64,000 nt of DNA, taken from positions 128,001-192,000 of the forward strand of contig CAVVMW010000006.1 in the NCBI GenBank assembly GCA_963749495.1, written 5' to 3'. Positions 1 through 9,782 of this stretch are shown here, one piece after another; position 1 is the stretch's first letter, and every line of letters starts with the position of its first letter. This DNA is from an uncultured bacterium. GTDB lineage: Bacteria; Verrucomicrobiota; Verrucomicrobiia; Limisphaerales; UBA8199. The notes under the pieces are model-generated. The model was given only the letters and a program-made list of their open reading frames with translations, was not told the origin of the DNA and searched no databases. The position numbers and the translations under genes are program-made.

Positions 1-376
1 GGAATAGCACGCGCCGCACTCCTTTGACGTTCCAAGCCCCGTCCGGCTTGCGCTGGCGAAAGTCCTTCGGCTCGAATCTGACAACCTCGAAAAGCACCTT
101 GCCGGCTTCATCGCTGTAAGGGTACGTGCCCACAATGACGCGCTTTCCGTTACGTGCCGGCTGGCCGTTGAACAGGTCCGCCAGGTTCAATCCCAGGGCG
201 CCGCAGATTGCCTCCGGTGTGCATCCGGCGTGACAGTGAAGCAGGATTCGCCCGTCCTCGCCTTCCCTCACGCTGAGGCTGGGGGACTCGTCCTCGTGGG
301 CCGGGCAGCGGGCCTGCCAGCCGCCGGCGGTCTTAGTGACGCCTGAGAGACGAGACAGGAGGGCGGCGGCGTTCAT
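1..376 (-). CDS. Zn-finger primase-like replication protein of the integrated element (N-terminal part; runs off the window)
   Basis: Own translation from ATG 376: MNAAALLSRLSGVTKTAGGWQARCPAHEDESPSLSVREGEDGRILLHCHAGC...YPYSDEAGKVLFEVVRFEPKDFRQR. CPAH..CHAGC zinc-binding motif typical of phage/satellite primases. An in-frame GTG at 532 overlaps the upstream stop and is an alternative start. Confidence 0.8.
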   Translation of the reverse strand, partial: MNAAALLSRLSGVTKTAGGWQARCPAHEDESPSLSVREGEDGRILLHCHAGCTPEAICGALGLNLADLFNGQPARNGKRVIVGTYPYSDEAGKVLFEVVRFEPKDFRQRKPDGAWNVKGVRRVLF

Positions 377-528
377 TGCGCGGTCTCTTTGGGCACCAGG
401 GCCACAGCGCACGGCGGCAGACTTGCGGGGCCGGCAGGCTTGACCGCAGGACGGGGCGGTGGTACCTGTGCGTTTGTCCACTATTCCAGCCCCGCCCTTG
501 CCGGGGCCGGCGTCTGCACCGGGGGCGC

Positions 529-792
529 TCACGCGGCACCTCCTCGCTGATGCCTCAAGAGCGCATGGAGGAGGGTGGGCCAATGCCACAACAGCCGGCG
601 TGAGCCTGGCATACGGATTGCGGGGACGAGACCGCGCGTCAGCCAGGTGGCGAGCGTCCGGCGGCTGATCCGCAGCCGTTGCAGCACCTCGGCGGTGGTG
701 AGCAGTGCGGCGTCACCGCCGCTGGTCCCCGCCGGATCGGTCGTCGTGCTGCCCCCGGCAGGTCCGGGCAGCGTGTCCGTAGTGTGCGACAT
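529..792 (-). CDS. Excisionase-like helix-turn-helix protein (HTH_17 type)
   Basis: LLTTAEVLQRLRISRRTLATWLTRGLVPAIRMPG, a Xis-like HTH; lies between integrase and primase. Confidence 0.8.
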   Translation of the reverse strand: MSHTTDTLPGPAGGSTTTDPAGTSGGDAALLTTAEVLQRLRISRRTLATWLTRGLVPAIRMPGSRRLLWHWPTLLHALLRHQRGGAA

Positions 793-860
793 GCGGCCAG
801 TCTGCATCACCAGCCGCAGCCTGTCCTACCCCCAGATCGCTGGGCTGTGGGGGGAGTGGC

Positions 861-1937
861 TCAGCGGCGGCGTAGGCCGGCGTAGTCTTTCAGCGCCTTT
901 TCGAGTCGGGCAAAGGCCCGGTCCCGACAATCCCACTCAACGGCCCGTTTTGCTTCGACCAGCTTCTTCCACTGTTGGGGGTGGGCCAGACCAGAGGCGC
1001 GCGTGCCCAGCGCCAAATCAAGGAAGTGATCGTAAGCCGTCTCATAGGTGCGCCAGTACTCGCGAACAAACCCCCGTACGGCATTGCGCCACTGGGGAAA
1101 ATTATCTTTGGTAATTGGCAAGGCCAGGTCCGCGCACTTTCTCTCCCAGTCTGTGATCTGGATGAAGCCGCTTGGCACTCGATAGTACGTCACACTAACG
1201 GGCGCTCCCCATAGGTTTGTTTTTCGGCGCGTGCTCGGTTGCACGCTGGTGACATTGTTGTTGAGCAGTAGTTGAACGAGGCCGCCAGTCACTTTGCACT
1301 CATCCACGGCCCAGGCAACCAGGCGGAGCCAATCGCTGTAGCGCCCGAGTCTTTGGCCTTTGGCTGTGAAGGATCGCTGCCCGACACGCAATCGGTCAAC
1401 GCGTTCGGAAGCGAGATCAATGTCCTGTTTGTTTTGGCTGAGTAGCACGGGCCAGCGGTCGCATGTCTCGGCAACCTTGCGGAGCAGGTCTGGTTGTATT
1501 TCCTGCAAGGTCTCAAGTTGGCGCGCCAGGTCATAGGCGCGGTGAACAAAGAAGCTCAGGGCTGTCTCATTGCCGGCGGCGGCCCGGAGGAGCACTTGGC
1601 CAAGCGCGTCCGTGGCCTGGGGCAGAAGCTCTTCAAAGGAACGGCGGTCTATGCCCTTGGCGATTTCCTCCGGTGAGCGCAGCAGTTCGCTTGGCATGTT
1701 CCAATCGAAACCCCGAAAGCGAGAAGGGCGGTAAAGATACTCCTTCTCACTGGCGGCATAGACCTTGCGGAATTTGCCCGGCGCTATGCGCTCGAAGTCT
1801 TGTTGCGGGGGCTGCGGATTCTCCTCTGCGTAGCCGTTGTCGCGGAACCAAGCCAGATTGTAATAGCCCGGCTGTTGGTGCGCGTACCGCGGCGGGCTGG
1901 CGGGAGTGTCGGCGGCGGGCTTGGGTGTTTCGTTCAT
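861..1937 (-). CDS. Hypothetical protein of the integrated element
   Basis: Long ORF from MNETPKP, co-oriented with int/xis; no recognised motif. Confidence 0.65.
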   Translation of the reverse strand: MNETPKPAADTPASPPRYAHQQPGYYNLAWFRDNGYAEENPQPPQQDFERIAPGKFRKVYAASEKEYLYRPSRFRGFDWNMPSELLRSPEEIAKGIDRRSFEELLPQATDALGQVLLRAAAGNETALSFFVHRAYDLARQLETLQEIQPDLLRKVAETCDRWPVLLSQNKQDIDLASERVDRLRVGQRSFTAKGQRLGRYSDWLRLVAWAVDECKVTGGLVQLLLNNNVTSVQPSTRRKTNLWGAPVSVTYYRVPSGFIQITDWERKCADLALPITKDNFPQWRNAVRGFVREYWRTYETAYDHFLDLALGTRASGLAHPQQWKKLVEAKRAVEWDCRDRAFARLEKALKDYAGLRRR

Positions 1938-2026
1938 ACTGCCTCTATCAGTTGCCCGCCGGGGGGTGATAGAGGCACTGCCCCGGCAGGACTTCCCCAG
2001 CGGATCAGGCCGGGGCGAATTGTCAC

Positions 2027-3334
2027 TCAGGTTGACGGCTGCACGGCGGCTTGTCCAGCGGCCAGTGTGATCACGTTGGCGGGCCGGGCGGGCGACACGG
2101 CGAACCACGCTTGCGCCTGGTCCTTTGTCGCCAGGGCCTTGTAGTGCTTGTGGATCATGTCCGGGCTGTTCCCGGCTTCCTTGGCGGTCAGGCCCTCATC
2201 GGCGTGCAGGGCGTAGTGGTAGGTGATGAACGCGTGCCGCAGTCCGTTCTCGCGGTTAGGGACTTTCACGGCCTCGCGGAGCGTGGCCAGGCCGATATGG
2301 ATCATATCGTAGGACTTCGGCCAGATCCGCCCCGTCCGCCCGCGATACGGTTCGAGCCATTGGGCGAGGGAATCACAGACCGTGATGAGCCGGCGGCTTC
2401 GGGTCTTGGATTTGCTCGCCTTGACTTCGATGTAGCCCGGAGTGGCGAAACACTCCTCCCAAGTCAGTCTTATGATCTCCCGCCAGCGCATTCCAGCCAG
2501 GCCAGCCAGGAGTATCATCGGGCGCAGGTCCTCGTCGGCCTCGTCCGCGTTGTCGAGCAGGAGGCGCAGTTCGCCGGGCCGGTAGTATTCAATGTCGCCC
2601 GGTTCGTCCTCCTCTGCTTTCATCCCGCCGGCCTCAAATAGTCTATGCGTTGCGGCCAGGTAGTCCTTTTCCATGCACCAGCGCAAAAACAGTTTCACGA
2701 TGCCCCGGCGTTCGTTCCGGGTCTTGGGCGAGGCGCCGGTGTATGCCGACATGTAGGCGTCCAAGTGCTGCTTTTCCAGGTCGCAAACAGCGTGCCCAGG
2801 GAATGCCTTGGCGAATTGGCGAAGCCAGATGGACGTATTGTAATGGTGCTCGGGCGAAATCTTTGGCCGCTTGCCCTCCCTCGGGGCCACGGTCTTTTTC
2901 CTGCGGTCCTCGATTATCTCCTCCACCGCCTCGGCCAGGTCCTTCCGCCTCACTGTGGCCACAGTGGACAGAAAGCCGTCCACGGCCTCGCCCAGGCTGT
3001 GCCCGTCGAGCTTCCCAGCCGCTTCCCAGTATTCCGACACGGCGCCCAGGAGGGAAAGCCGCTTCCCGGTCTTCTGGTAGAACCGGTCAAGGGTTTGGAG
3101 CGCGGCCAAGGCATCGGTGGCTTGCCCGCCAGTCAAGGCGGCAGCCTGTGAGCCGTTGGCGATCTCGCGCACCAGTTTGTCAGCGGCGGCCTTGGCCTCG
3201 CCATAGGTGCGGTAGCTGGCCATGCGCCGCTTGCCCGCCACGTAGGCGCAGACGCGGTAAAAGGCGTAGTGCTTCGATTTGCCGTAGATCCTGGCCTCGG
3301 CCTTGCGGTATCGGACTGTTTTCGGAAACCTCAC
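2027..3334 (-). CDS. Tyrosine recombinase/phage integrase
   Basis: Catalytic motifs AGMRWREI, KASKSKT, NGLRHAF, AGNS and HKHY. Probable GTG start at 3334, just downstream of the tRNA 3' end. Confidence 0.92.
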   Translation of the reverse strand: MRFPKTVRYRKAEARIYGKSKHYAFYRVCAYVAGKRRMASYRTYGEAKAAADKLVREIANGSQAAALTGGQATDALAALQTLDRFYQKTGKRLSLLGAVSEYWEAAGKLDGHSLGEAVDGFLSTVATVRRKDLAEAVEEIIEDRRKKTVAPREGKRPKISPEHHYNTSIWLRQFAKAFPGHAVCDLEKQHLDAYMSAYTGASPKTRNERRGIVKLFLRWCMEKDYLAATHRLFEAGGMKAEEDEPGDIEYYRPGELRLLLDNADEADEDLRPMILLAGLAGMRWREIIRLTWEECFATPGYIEVKASKSKTRSRRLITVCDSLAQWLEPYRGRTGRIWPKSYDMIHIGLATLREAVKVPNRENGLRHAFITYHYALHADEGLTAKEAGNSPDMIHKHYKALATKDQAQAWFAVSPARPANVITLAAGQAAVQPST

Positions 3335-3414
3335 GTTTCCACTCTCAGATTCGGGCGGATTTTGTGCGGAATCTGTGCGGGACACGCCGGACTGCTCATT
3401 TTCGCCTGAAAAAC

Positions 3415-3488
3415 TGGCTGTCCGGCATGGATTCGAACCATGACAAAGAGCTCCAAAGACTCTTGTGCTACCATTACACCACCGGACA
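3415..3488 (-). tRNA. tRNA-Gln(TTG)
   Basis: TGTCCGG-TGGTGTAATGGTAGCAC-AAGAGTCTTTGGAGCTCTT-TGTCATGGTTCGAATCCATG-CCGGACA-G-CCA: acceptor stem, TTG anticodon, GTTCGAATC T-loop and encoded CCA. Confidence 0.95.
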
Positions 3489-3666
3489 AGATCGTGGACC
3501 CGCGGCCGCCTTCGGGCCGCCGGTGCCCGAACGCCAGTCAAAGTGTCATCAAAGAGACCCAGCCGCAAGCAAATACGAACCCGAGGGCGGGGAGGGCTGT
3601 AGGACAAGAATCTCTACAAAATGGATTTTGCCAGGCTTTCGTCACAACGAGTGTTTAGGAGTCCGG

Positions 3667-3860
3667 ATACGAACTGGCACGGACAACATCGAGGCCGTCG
3701 CGTCAGGCCGGATCTTCGTTTCCTTGTGTTCTGTTCCTGTGGCCAGTCGGCGGGACGTGGGGAAAGAACAGAAGGGAACGGAGGAAACGAAGGATCGAAG
3801 GCCCGGATCAGCTCTGAGGTCTGCGATCCGGAGGCCCAAGAAGAACTCTGTGTCACACCC
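3667..3860. repeat. ~200-bp dispersed hairpin repeat (TTCGTTTCCTT.../...AAGGAAACGAAG); second copy at 42925-43124
   Basis: Colinear similarity to 42925-43124, including GATCAGCTCTGAG..CTGCGATC.GGAGGCCC and AAGAA.TCTGT.TCA.ACC. The tail also recurs at about 10193-10212. Confidence 0.85.
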
Positions 3861-3939
3861 GATTTGTCGATGATGGCGGTTTCGATGTGGGTATTGAATT
3901 AGGGTTGAATGCGGCGGCGCATCTGCTACAAGAACCCCC

Positions 3940-4833
3940 ATGAAGATCAACCGACGCCACTTTCTGAAATCGGCCGGGCTGGGGATGGGCGCGCTGGCGG
4001 CGCAGGCGGCGCAGGCCGGCGGGGCGGCCGGTGCCACCGGGCCCGGCTTTCTGGCGGGCGCACCCACAATGCGCCTGGGCCTGGTCACCTACAACCTCGC
4101 CCAGGACTGGGACATCCCCGCCATCATCAGGAATTGCGAGGCGGCCAAATTCGAGGGCGTCGAACTGCGCACCGGCCATGCCCACAAGGTCGAGGTCAAC
4201 CTCTCGAAGCAGGAGCGCGAGACGGTGAAGAAGGCCTTTGCCGATTCGAAGGTCCAGCTCATGGGCCTGGGCAGCATCTTCGACTACCATACGCCCGACG
4301 CGGCCAAACTGAGCAAGGACATCGAGGCCACGCGCCAATACATCGTCCTGGCCCAGGACGTTGGCGCCAGCGGCATCAAGGTGCGGCCCAATGGGTTGCC
4401 CAAAGAGGTGCCGGTCGAAAAGACCCTTGCCCAGATCGGCCGCGCGCTGGGCGAGTTGGGCGACTTTGCCCGCAACCATGGGCAGGTGATCCGGCTGGAG
4501 GTCCACGGCGCCGGCACCGCCTTCCCGCCCTACATCAAGACCATCCTCGATACGGCCAACCATCCCAGCGTGGGCGCCTGCTGGAACTCGAACGCCTCCG
4601 ACCTCGCCGGCCAGGGCTGGGACTACAATTTCAACCTGCTCAAGGACAAGATCTTCTCCGTGCACATGACCGACCTGTTCCAGGAGGAGTATCCCTATCG
4701 CAAATTGCTCGCCGGCCTCAACGGCATCCATTTCCAGGGCTTTTGCCTGGCGGAGATCCCCGCCAGTTCGGACCCGGTGCGCGTGATGAAATACTACCGG
4801 GCCCTGTGGCTGGCATACCAGGGGCTGCTGTAG
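3940..4833 (+). CDS. Tat-exported sugar phosphate isomerase/epimerase (AP_endonuc_2 TIM barrel)
   Basis: NRRHFLK twin-arginine signal; GVELR, IRLEVH and SVHMTD motifs. Confidence 0.85.
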   Translation: MKINRRHFLKSAGLGMGALAAQAAQAGGAAGATGPGFLAGAPTMRLGLVTYNLAQDWDIPAIIRNCEAAKFEGVELRTGHAHKVEVNLSKQERETVKKAFADSKVQLMGLGSIFDYHTPDAAKLSKDIEATRQYIVLAQDVGASGIKVRPNGLPKEVPVEKTLAQIGRALGELGDFARNHGQVIRLEVHGAGTAFPPYIKTILDTANHPSVGACWNSNASDLAGQGWDYNFNLLKDKIFSVHMTDLFQEEYPYRKLLAGLNGIHFQGFCLAEIPASSDPVRVMKYYRALWLAYQGLL

Positions 4834-4913
4834 GGCGACTGGCGGGATTAAACCGCTTGGTGCAACAAGACCATGCAAGTAGCGTCCGTTCCAAGCGCGC
4901 CGCTATCTGGGAG

Positions 4914-5100
4914 CTTTGTCGCAGCCTTTGTCGCAACCTTTGTCGGGGAATGGCTCATTCGACAAAGGTCGCGACAAAGGCCGCGACAAAGATCCAAAAC
5001 CCGCATGGGTGTGCCAATGTTGGTTTTTCTGATTTAGCTGGGACTTTTGTCGCAGCCTTTGTCGCAACCTTTGTCGGGTTGGCTATGCCTCGACAAAGGT
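4914..5100. repeat. REP-like family A: inverted arrays of a 12-mer CTTTGTCGCAGC/GCGACAAAG (also 13784-13860, 40381-40460)
   Basis: Tandem 12-mers followed by their reverse complement. CATGGGTGTGCCAATGTTGGT is shared between about 5004 and about 40469. Confidence 0.9.
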
Positions 5101-5145
5101 CCGGCATCGGCGCTCCGACGGTCATTTTGCCGGCGGCCCTTGGAG

Positions 5146-5637
5146 TCATTCGAGCTTCCGGCGAAACATCCCCCTGGGGTCGGCCAGGTTGAATTCGGAG
5201 AGGTCGAGGCCGGAGCCGGGGCTGCGGGCCTGGGCGAGCCGGAGTTGGGAGCCGATGCGCTGGGCGGCGGGCTGGGCAAAGTATTTCACCATGCCTACGC
5301 TGACCTGGGCCTGGAAGATGATCACCAGGAGGCATTGGTTGTCGATGGCCAGGACCAGCAGGCTGAACTGTTCGCCCTGCTGATACAGGCTGTTGAACTG
5401 GGTCTCGCGGACCAGGCCGGCGATGGTCTGGTTGGCCATGAAGGCGCCGGCGGCCAGGGCAGCGATGCTGGTGAGGTCGAACTGGCGTGTGTCGCCGCGG
5501 CTGCTGATGAGGAAGCCGCCCAGGTCGGTGATGAGGGCGGTGGTGGCGTCGGTTTGCGCCAGCAATTGCTGCAGCTCGGCCTCCAGCCGCAGGACGTCCT
5601 CCTCCACCAGTTGGGGCAATGTGGCCATGTCAGGCAT
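5146..5637 (-). CDS. mglB: Roadblock/LC7 protein, MglB-like GTPase-activating protein
   Basis: ALITDLGGFLISSRG...SIAALAAGAFMANQTIAGLVRETQFNSLYQQGE...VSVGMVK closely follows the MglB pattern; overlaps the mglA stop. Confidence 0.9.
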   Translation of the reverse strand: MPDMATLPQLVEEDVLRLEAELQQLLAQTDATTALITDLGGFLISSRGDTRQFDLTSIAALAAGAFMANQTIAGLVRETQFNSLYQQGEQFSLLVLAIDNQCLLVIIFQAQVSVGMVKYFAQPAAQRIGSQLRLAQARSPGSGLDLSEFNLADPRGMFRRKLE

Positions 5638-6244
5638 ACTGCGGGGCGCGCTGGCTGATGAACTTGTGGAGCAGCAGGCGCGTGATCATGTTGAGGGTCT
5701 CGAAGACGCCTTCGCATCGGTGGGCGCTCGAGGTGAAGGCCGGGACCAGGAGGTCGCGGTTGTTGAGCAGGAAATCCATGTACTCGACCGGCGCGGCATT
5801 GGGCAAGTCGCGCTTGTTGTACTGCAGGACATAGGGGATGTCCGCCAGGTCCAGCTTGAGAGTCCGGAGGTTCTCCTCGAGGTTGGCAAAGCTCTCGACG
5901 TTCTCGGCCATCTTCTCATACTGCGAGTCGGCCACGAAGACGATGCCGTTGACGCCCCGCAGGACCAACTGCCGGGTGGTGTTATAGATGACCTGGCCGG
6001 GGACGGTGTAGAGTTGGAACTTGGTCTTGAAGCCCTTGATGGACATGGCTTCGATGGGCAGGAAATCGAAGAAGAGGGTGCGGTCCGAGCTGGTGGCCAG
6101 GGAGACGAGCTTGCCCTTGTGTCCGGCATCGGTTTGGACATGGTCGTGGACCTGGACGAGGTTGGTGGTCTTGCCGCCCATGGCCGGGCCGTAATAGACG
6201 ATCTTGACCTGGAGTTCCTTAGTGGCCTGGTTGATGAGGGCCAT
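5630..6244 (-). CDS. mglA: MglA-family Ras-like small GTPase
   Basis: KIVYYGPAMGGKTTNL (G1), DRTLFFDF (G2 with intrinsic Arg), YTVPGQV (G3), QYNKRD (G4). Confidence 0.96.
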   Translation of the reverse strand: MALINQATKELQVKIVYYGPAMGGKTTNLVQVHDHVQTDAGHKGKLVSLATSSDRTLFFDFLPIEAMSIKGFKTKFQLYTVPGQVIYNTTRQLVLRGVNGIVFVADSQYEKMAENVESFANLEENLRTLKLDLADIPYVLQYNKRDLPNAAPVEYMDFLLNNRDLLVPAFTSSAHRCEGVFETLNMITRLLLHKFISQRAPQYA

Positions 6245-6247
6245 AAT

Positions 6248-7919
6248 TCATTTGGGTTTGTGGGCCAATTCCGCGGCCAGGGCGGCCAGTTGTGACGCGG
6301 GCAGGGCCGCGCCCGCGCAGCCGAAGGCCGCAAAGAAGATCGAGTTCACACGGAAGATCTTCCACGGGGTGCTGCCCACGGTGAAATTCAGATTGTTGAG
6401 TTCACCCATGCGCAGCTCTTTGATGCACTGGCTGACCCTGGCGAAGATCTGCGGCAGAAACGCCGCCAGGGTGTCGGCATTCAAGTCCGGTCCCAGCCGG
6501 CTGGCCACCAGCAGCCCGTCCGGCAAGCCGATGAGCGCACCGGCCACATTGTCCAGGGCCGCCGCGCGGGAGACGATCTCGTTGGGCGTCGCGTGTTTGG
6601 CGGCGAAGCGGGTCCCGGCATTCGGTCCGCGCCTGGCCTCCTCCGCGCGCTGCCGCACCGTATCGGCCGCATCATCCCAGGTGTAATAGTTGCTGTTGGC
6701 CGCCGCCGGGGCCGCTGCCGCGGGCGCCGGCGCGCTGCCGGCCGACCCTGCCTCCGGCTTGGGAAAACCGAAAAACAGGTTGGGAATCTGCTCGTCAATG
6801 GTGACCGCTTGGCGCGATTGGCTGGTCTGGCGCTGGCGGGCCAGGAAAAGCGGGGCGATGAGCGAGAGCGGCACCTCGACCACCAGGCTGTCCGCCGGGG
6901 AGGCCGACGGCGGGACCGCGGGTCGAATCCAGGACCGCAAGGTCTTCCAACTGAAGGCGACCCGGCCCTGTTTGAGCGCGCACTCGATCGTCTCGCCAGG
7001 CAGGGCCACCTTTGCCTCGACCAGGTTCAACTGAACGATCTCGCGGCGCACCGCCTCGGGCCAGCCTTCCGCCATGGCTGCCAGGCCCAGGACGAACGAC
7101 TGAGGCGGTTCAACCGAGGCGCCCCGGGGCGCCGCAGGCAGCACACTCAGGCCACGCTGCACTCGGGGCGGGGAACTCAATCCGGGCGGGGTCGGGGGCG
7201 CCATCGGAGCCGCCGCAGACGGCGCCATCGGGATCGCCATCGGCGTGCCCCCAAGGGGGTTGCCCGGGCTGCGGGGCGCCAGGGGCGCCATCGGGGAGGG
7301 CAAACCGGCGTGGTGCGGCGGCGTGCTGGGAATCGCCAACAGCGGCCCTGGTTCCGGCGCCAGCTCCGGGGTGAGTGTGCCGTCCCGGACCGCCACCGGC
7401 TGGCCCTGGGCATCGAACGGGCTGAACACCTCCTCGGGCAGGCTCGACCTGCTTTTGACCGCGCCGGCGCAGAATGAAGGCGGGGTTCAGACGGCAGAGG
7501 ATCTCGCCCAGTGGCAGCGTCACCAGGATGGCGTCCCGGTCGGCCTCCTGCGCGAAGACCTGGGGCACGGCCCGGCGCAAGGCGCCGAAGGGAATCTTCA
7601 CCACACCGCGCGCCAGTTGCGGGAGAATGGCCTCGAGCGAGATCGGAACCGTGAGGTTGCCGGCGTCTCTGCAGCGGACACGCGGGTGCAACTCCAGCGG
7701 CAGCCCATTGAGGATCGCCTGCAAGGGCAGCCGGAGGCTGCTGCTATTGCCTTCGCCATTGCCGTTGCCATGGCCCCCGGGACGGCCGGCCGCGTGCAAC
7801 GGCCTCGGAGACTCGAGCTCGACGGCGGGCCGCGAGACGGGCCGGGGCTCTGGCGGGTCCTGGGCCGTGGCCGGCGCCGGGGCCAGCCGGGCCAGGACGC
7901 TTTTGAGAAAACCCAACAT
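6248..7919 (-). CDS. Multidomain protein: two copies of an unknown ~85-aa domain, Pro-rich linkers and a C-terminal roadblock/LC7 domain (frameshift at ~7443)
   Basis: ORFs 7110..7919 and 6248..7429 join as GQKQVE[c]LPEEVFSPF. C-terminus VAGALIGLPDGLLVAS...ELRMGELNNLNF is roadblock-like. Confidence 0.8.
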
Positions 7920-8009
7920 TTTACGGCATCAGGTTCGTAGTGGTCATCGCTGACATTTCCGCGGTCCTGGGTGCAGGAACTGTGCCAGGGGCGGCGCAGG
8001 GGCGCCCCT

Positions 8010-8150
8010 TACCATGAACCGCGGCAAGTCCGAAGGTTCTGGACTGCGCCAGTCCTCCGGCGCTTTCGCGTCCCCTGGTTCCCAAAAGCGCCAGAGGACT
8101 GGCGCAGTCCAAAACGCTTCGCGCCCGGCGAGGCCCGTCCGGTTCGTGGT
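8010..8150. repeat. REP-like family B (GGASTGCGCCAGTCCTCYGGCGCTTT palindrome) inside ACCATGAACC/GGTTCGTGGT inverted ends; second copy at 36226-36340
   Basis: Near-identical hairpins at 8039-8113 and 36226-36302. Confidence 0.88.
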
Positions 8151-8395
8151 CCCAAGGCGGGATTGCCGAATCAGGCCTGTCCCATCAGTGGACTCGGTGT
8201 CCCACGGTTGCGCCGATGGGACGCGGGATTTGCGCCATGTCGGCGAGTCGTCCGGGAGCAACCAGCACGTCCGCCCTGGTTTTGGGGGTGCCTGGCCAGC
8301 CAGGGTGCAAACGGAACGGTATTTGCTGTCAAAACGAGGACCGGGCCTGGCCGTTCCAGGAACCCGGATTGAAACCGACATTGTGTTGGCAGTTT

Positions 8396-9471
8396 ATGCG
8401 TAAAGTCACTGGCCAGCGCCCCAAAATCCTGTTGGTGGATGATGAGCCGGCGCTGCTGGAGAGCTACCGGGAACTGCTGGGCCAATTGCCGAGCCGGCCT
8501 GAGATTCACACCGCCAGGTCCGGCCGGCGCGCCCTGGCCCTGCTGGAGTCCGAGCCGTTCCGGCTGCTGCTGTGCGATCTGAGGATGCCCCGGATGGACG
8601 GCCTGCAAGTGCTCTCGGTCGTCCGGCGCAAGCATCCGCAGTTGCGGACGGTGGCGTTGACCTCGGTCTTGGACGAGCAATTACGTTCGAGGGCCTACGC
8701 GCTGGGCGTGGACATGTTCTGGCAGAAGCCCGTCAGCGAGGACGAGATCCGGATGTTTCTGGAGTGTCTGGAGTCGTTGCTGGGCCCCGAGATGGAAGGG
8801 GGCTTTCGGGGCGTGCAGAACAAGAGCCTGGTGGACATCATCCAACTGGAGTGCCTGTCCCAGAGCTCGCTGGTGCTCCACATTGCCAACGGCGCGCTCG
8901 CCGGCCGGATCTGGATACAGGACGGCCAGGTCATCGAATGCCGAGACCGAGGAATTGAAGGGGGAACGGGCCTTCCAGCAGATACTTTCCTGGCGGGCGG
9001 GCCACTTCGGAAACCCTGCCCCCGGACCCGGCCCGCCCTCGGGCGATTTCAAAGCCCTACAACGGCCTGCTCCTGGAGTGCGCCCAGGCCTTGGACGAAA
9101 GCCGGACCGCGCCCGGGCCTGAAGCCGCGCCCGGGCCCGCACAGGCGAGCCCGCCGGGTCTCTCGGAAATCGAGGGCCTGGAGTTCGTGCTGGCCTTCGA
9201 GCGGGGCGAATCCGACCCCAAGGTTGCCCGCGGCCTGGAGAACCCCAAACCCATGGCAGCCTGGGCGCAAGTGAGTCTGGCGGGCTTCCGTTCCCTGGGC
9301 GAGCGGCTCCGCGCCGGCCCGCTGGAACAACTGGAGGGCCTGGGGCCCCAACGCCAGGTGGCCCTGGCCGGCCAGGGCGACCTCGAGTTCTGCGTCGGCT
9401 GGAGACCCACCCTGGCCGCAAGCCGTGTGCGAACGTTGATGAACAAAGTCCTCTCCCTATGGGCCTCTTGA
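8396..9471 (+). CDS. Response regulator: REC + DUF4388 (PatA-N-like) + roadblock-like C-terminus (frameshifts at ~8938 and ~9010)
   Basis: ILLVDDE, LCDLRMPRMDG, FWQKP receiver motifs; GFRGVQNKSLVDIIQLECLSQSS...GRIWIQDGQVI.AET..LKGERAFQQILSWRAGHF is the DUF4388 signature. Confidence 0.85.
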
Positions 9472-9767
9472 AATGTCTTGCCAAACCGCCGCCCAATTTG
9501 CTGCGCCTGCCCTCGGGCAGCTTCACCGTCGATTCCCACGGCAGCATCCTGGCCGCCACCCTGCCTTCCAGTTATCCTCGAGCCCTGATGGGCGAGATCG
9601 CCCAGCAGGTGCTCAGCACTTTTCATCAGGCGGGGGCGTCGCAGTTGCCGCTCGCCCAAATCAGCGTCCACTATGCCAGCCTCAAGATCACTGCCCGCGC
9701 CCTGCGCGGCGGTGCACTTGTCTTTCTCGCCCCAAGGGCGCCCTTTGACCCATCCACTCCGCGTTGA
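9459..9767 (+). CDS. Small roadblock-like protein
   Basis: SFTVDSHGSILAATLP...LAQISVHYASLKITARALRGGALVFL fits a roadblock secondary-structure pattern; overlaps the regulator stop. Confidence 0.6.
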   Translation: MGLLKCLAKPPPNLLRLPSGSFTVDSHGSILAATLPSSYPRALMGEIAQQVLSTFHQAGASQLPLAQISVHYASLKITARALRGGALVFLAPRAPFDPSTPR

Positions 9768-9782
9768 TTGCCTTTTCTCCCT

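Larger units (their letters stand above)
1..3414. mobile_element. tRNA-Gln-integrated element (satellite/PICI-like or IME); only one end lies in the window
   Basis: int-hyp-xis-primase immediately 3' of the tRNA. Confidence 0.8.

Noticed and set aside
3335..3607. N-terminal extension of the integrase ORF
   Set aside because: It runs through the tRNA-Gln gene; the real start is probably GTG 3334.
4914..5100. CRISPR array suggested by the repeated CTTTGTCGC units
   Set aside because: The 12-bp units are directly tandem and inverted, with no unique spacers and no cas genes.
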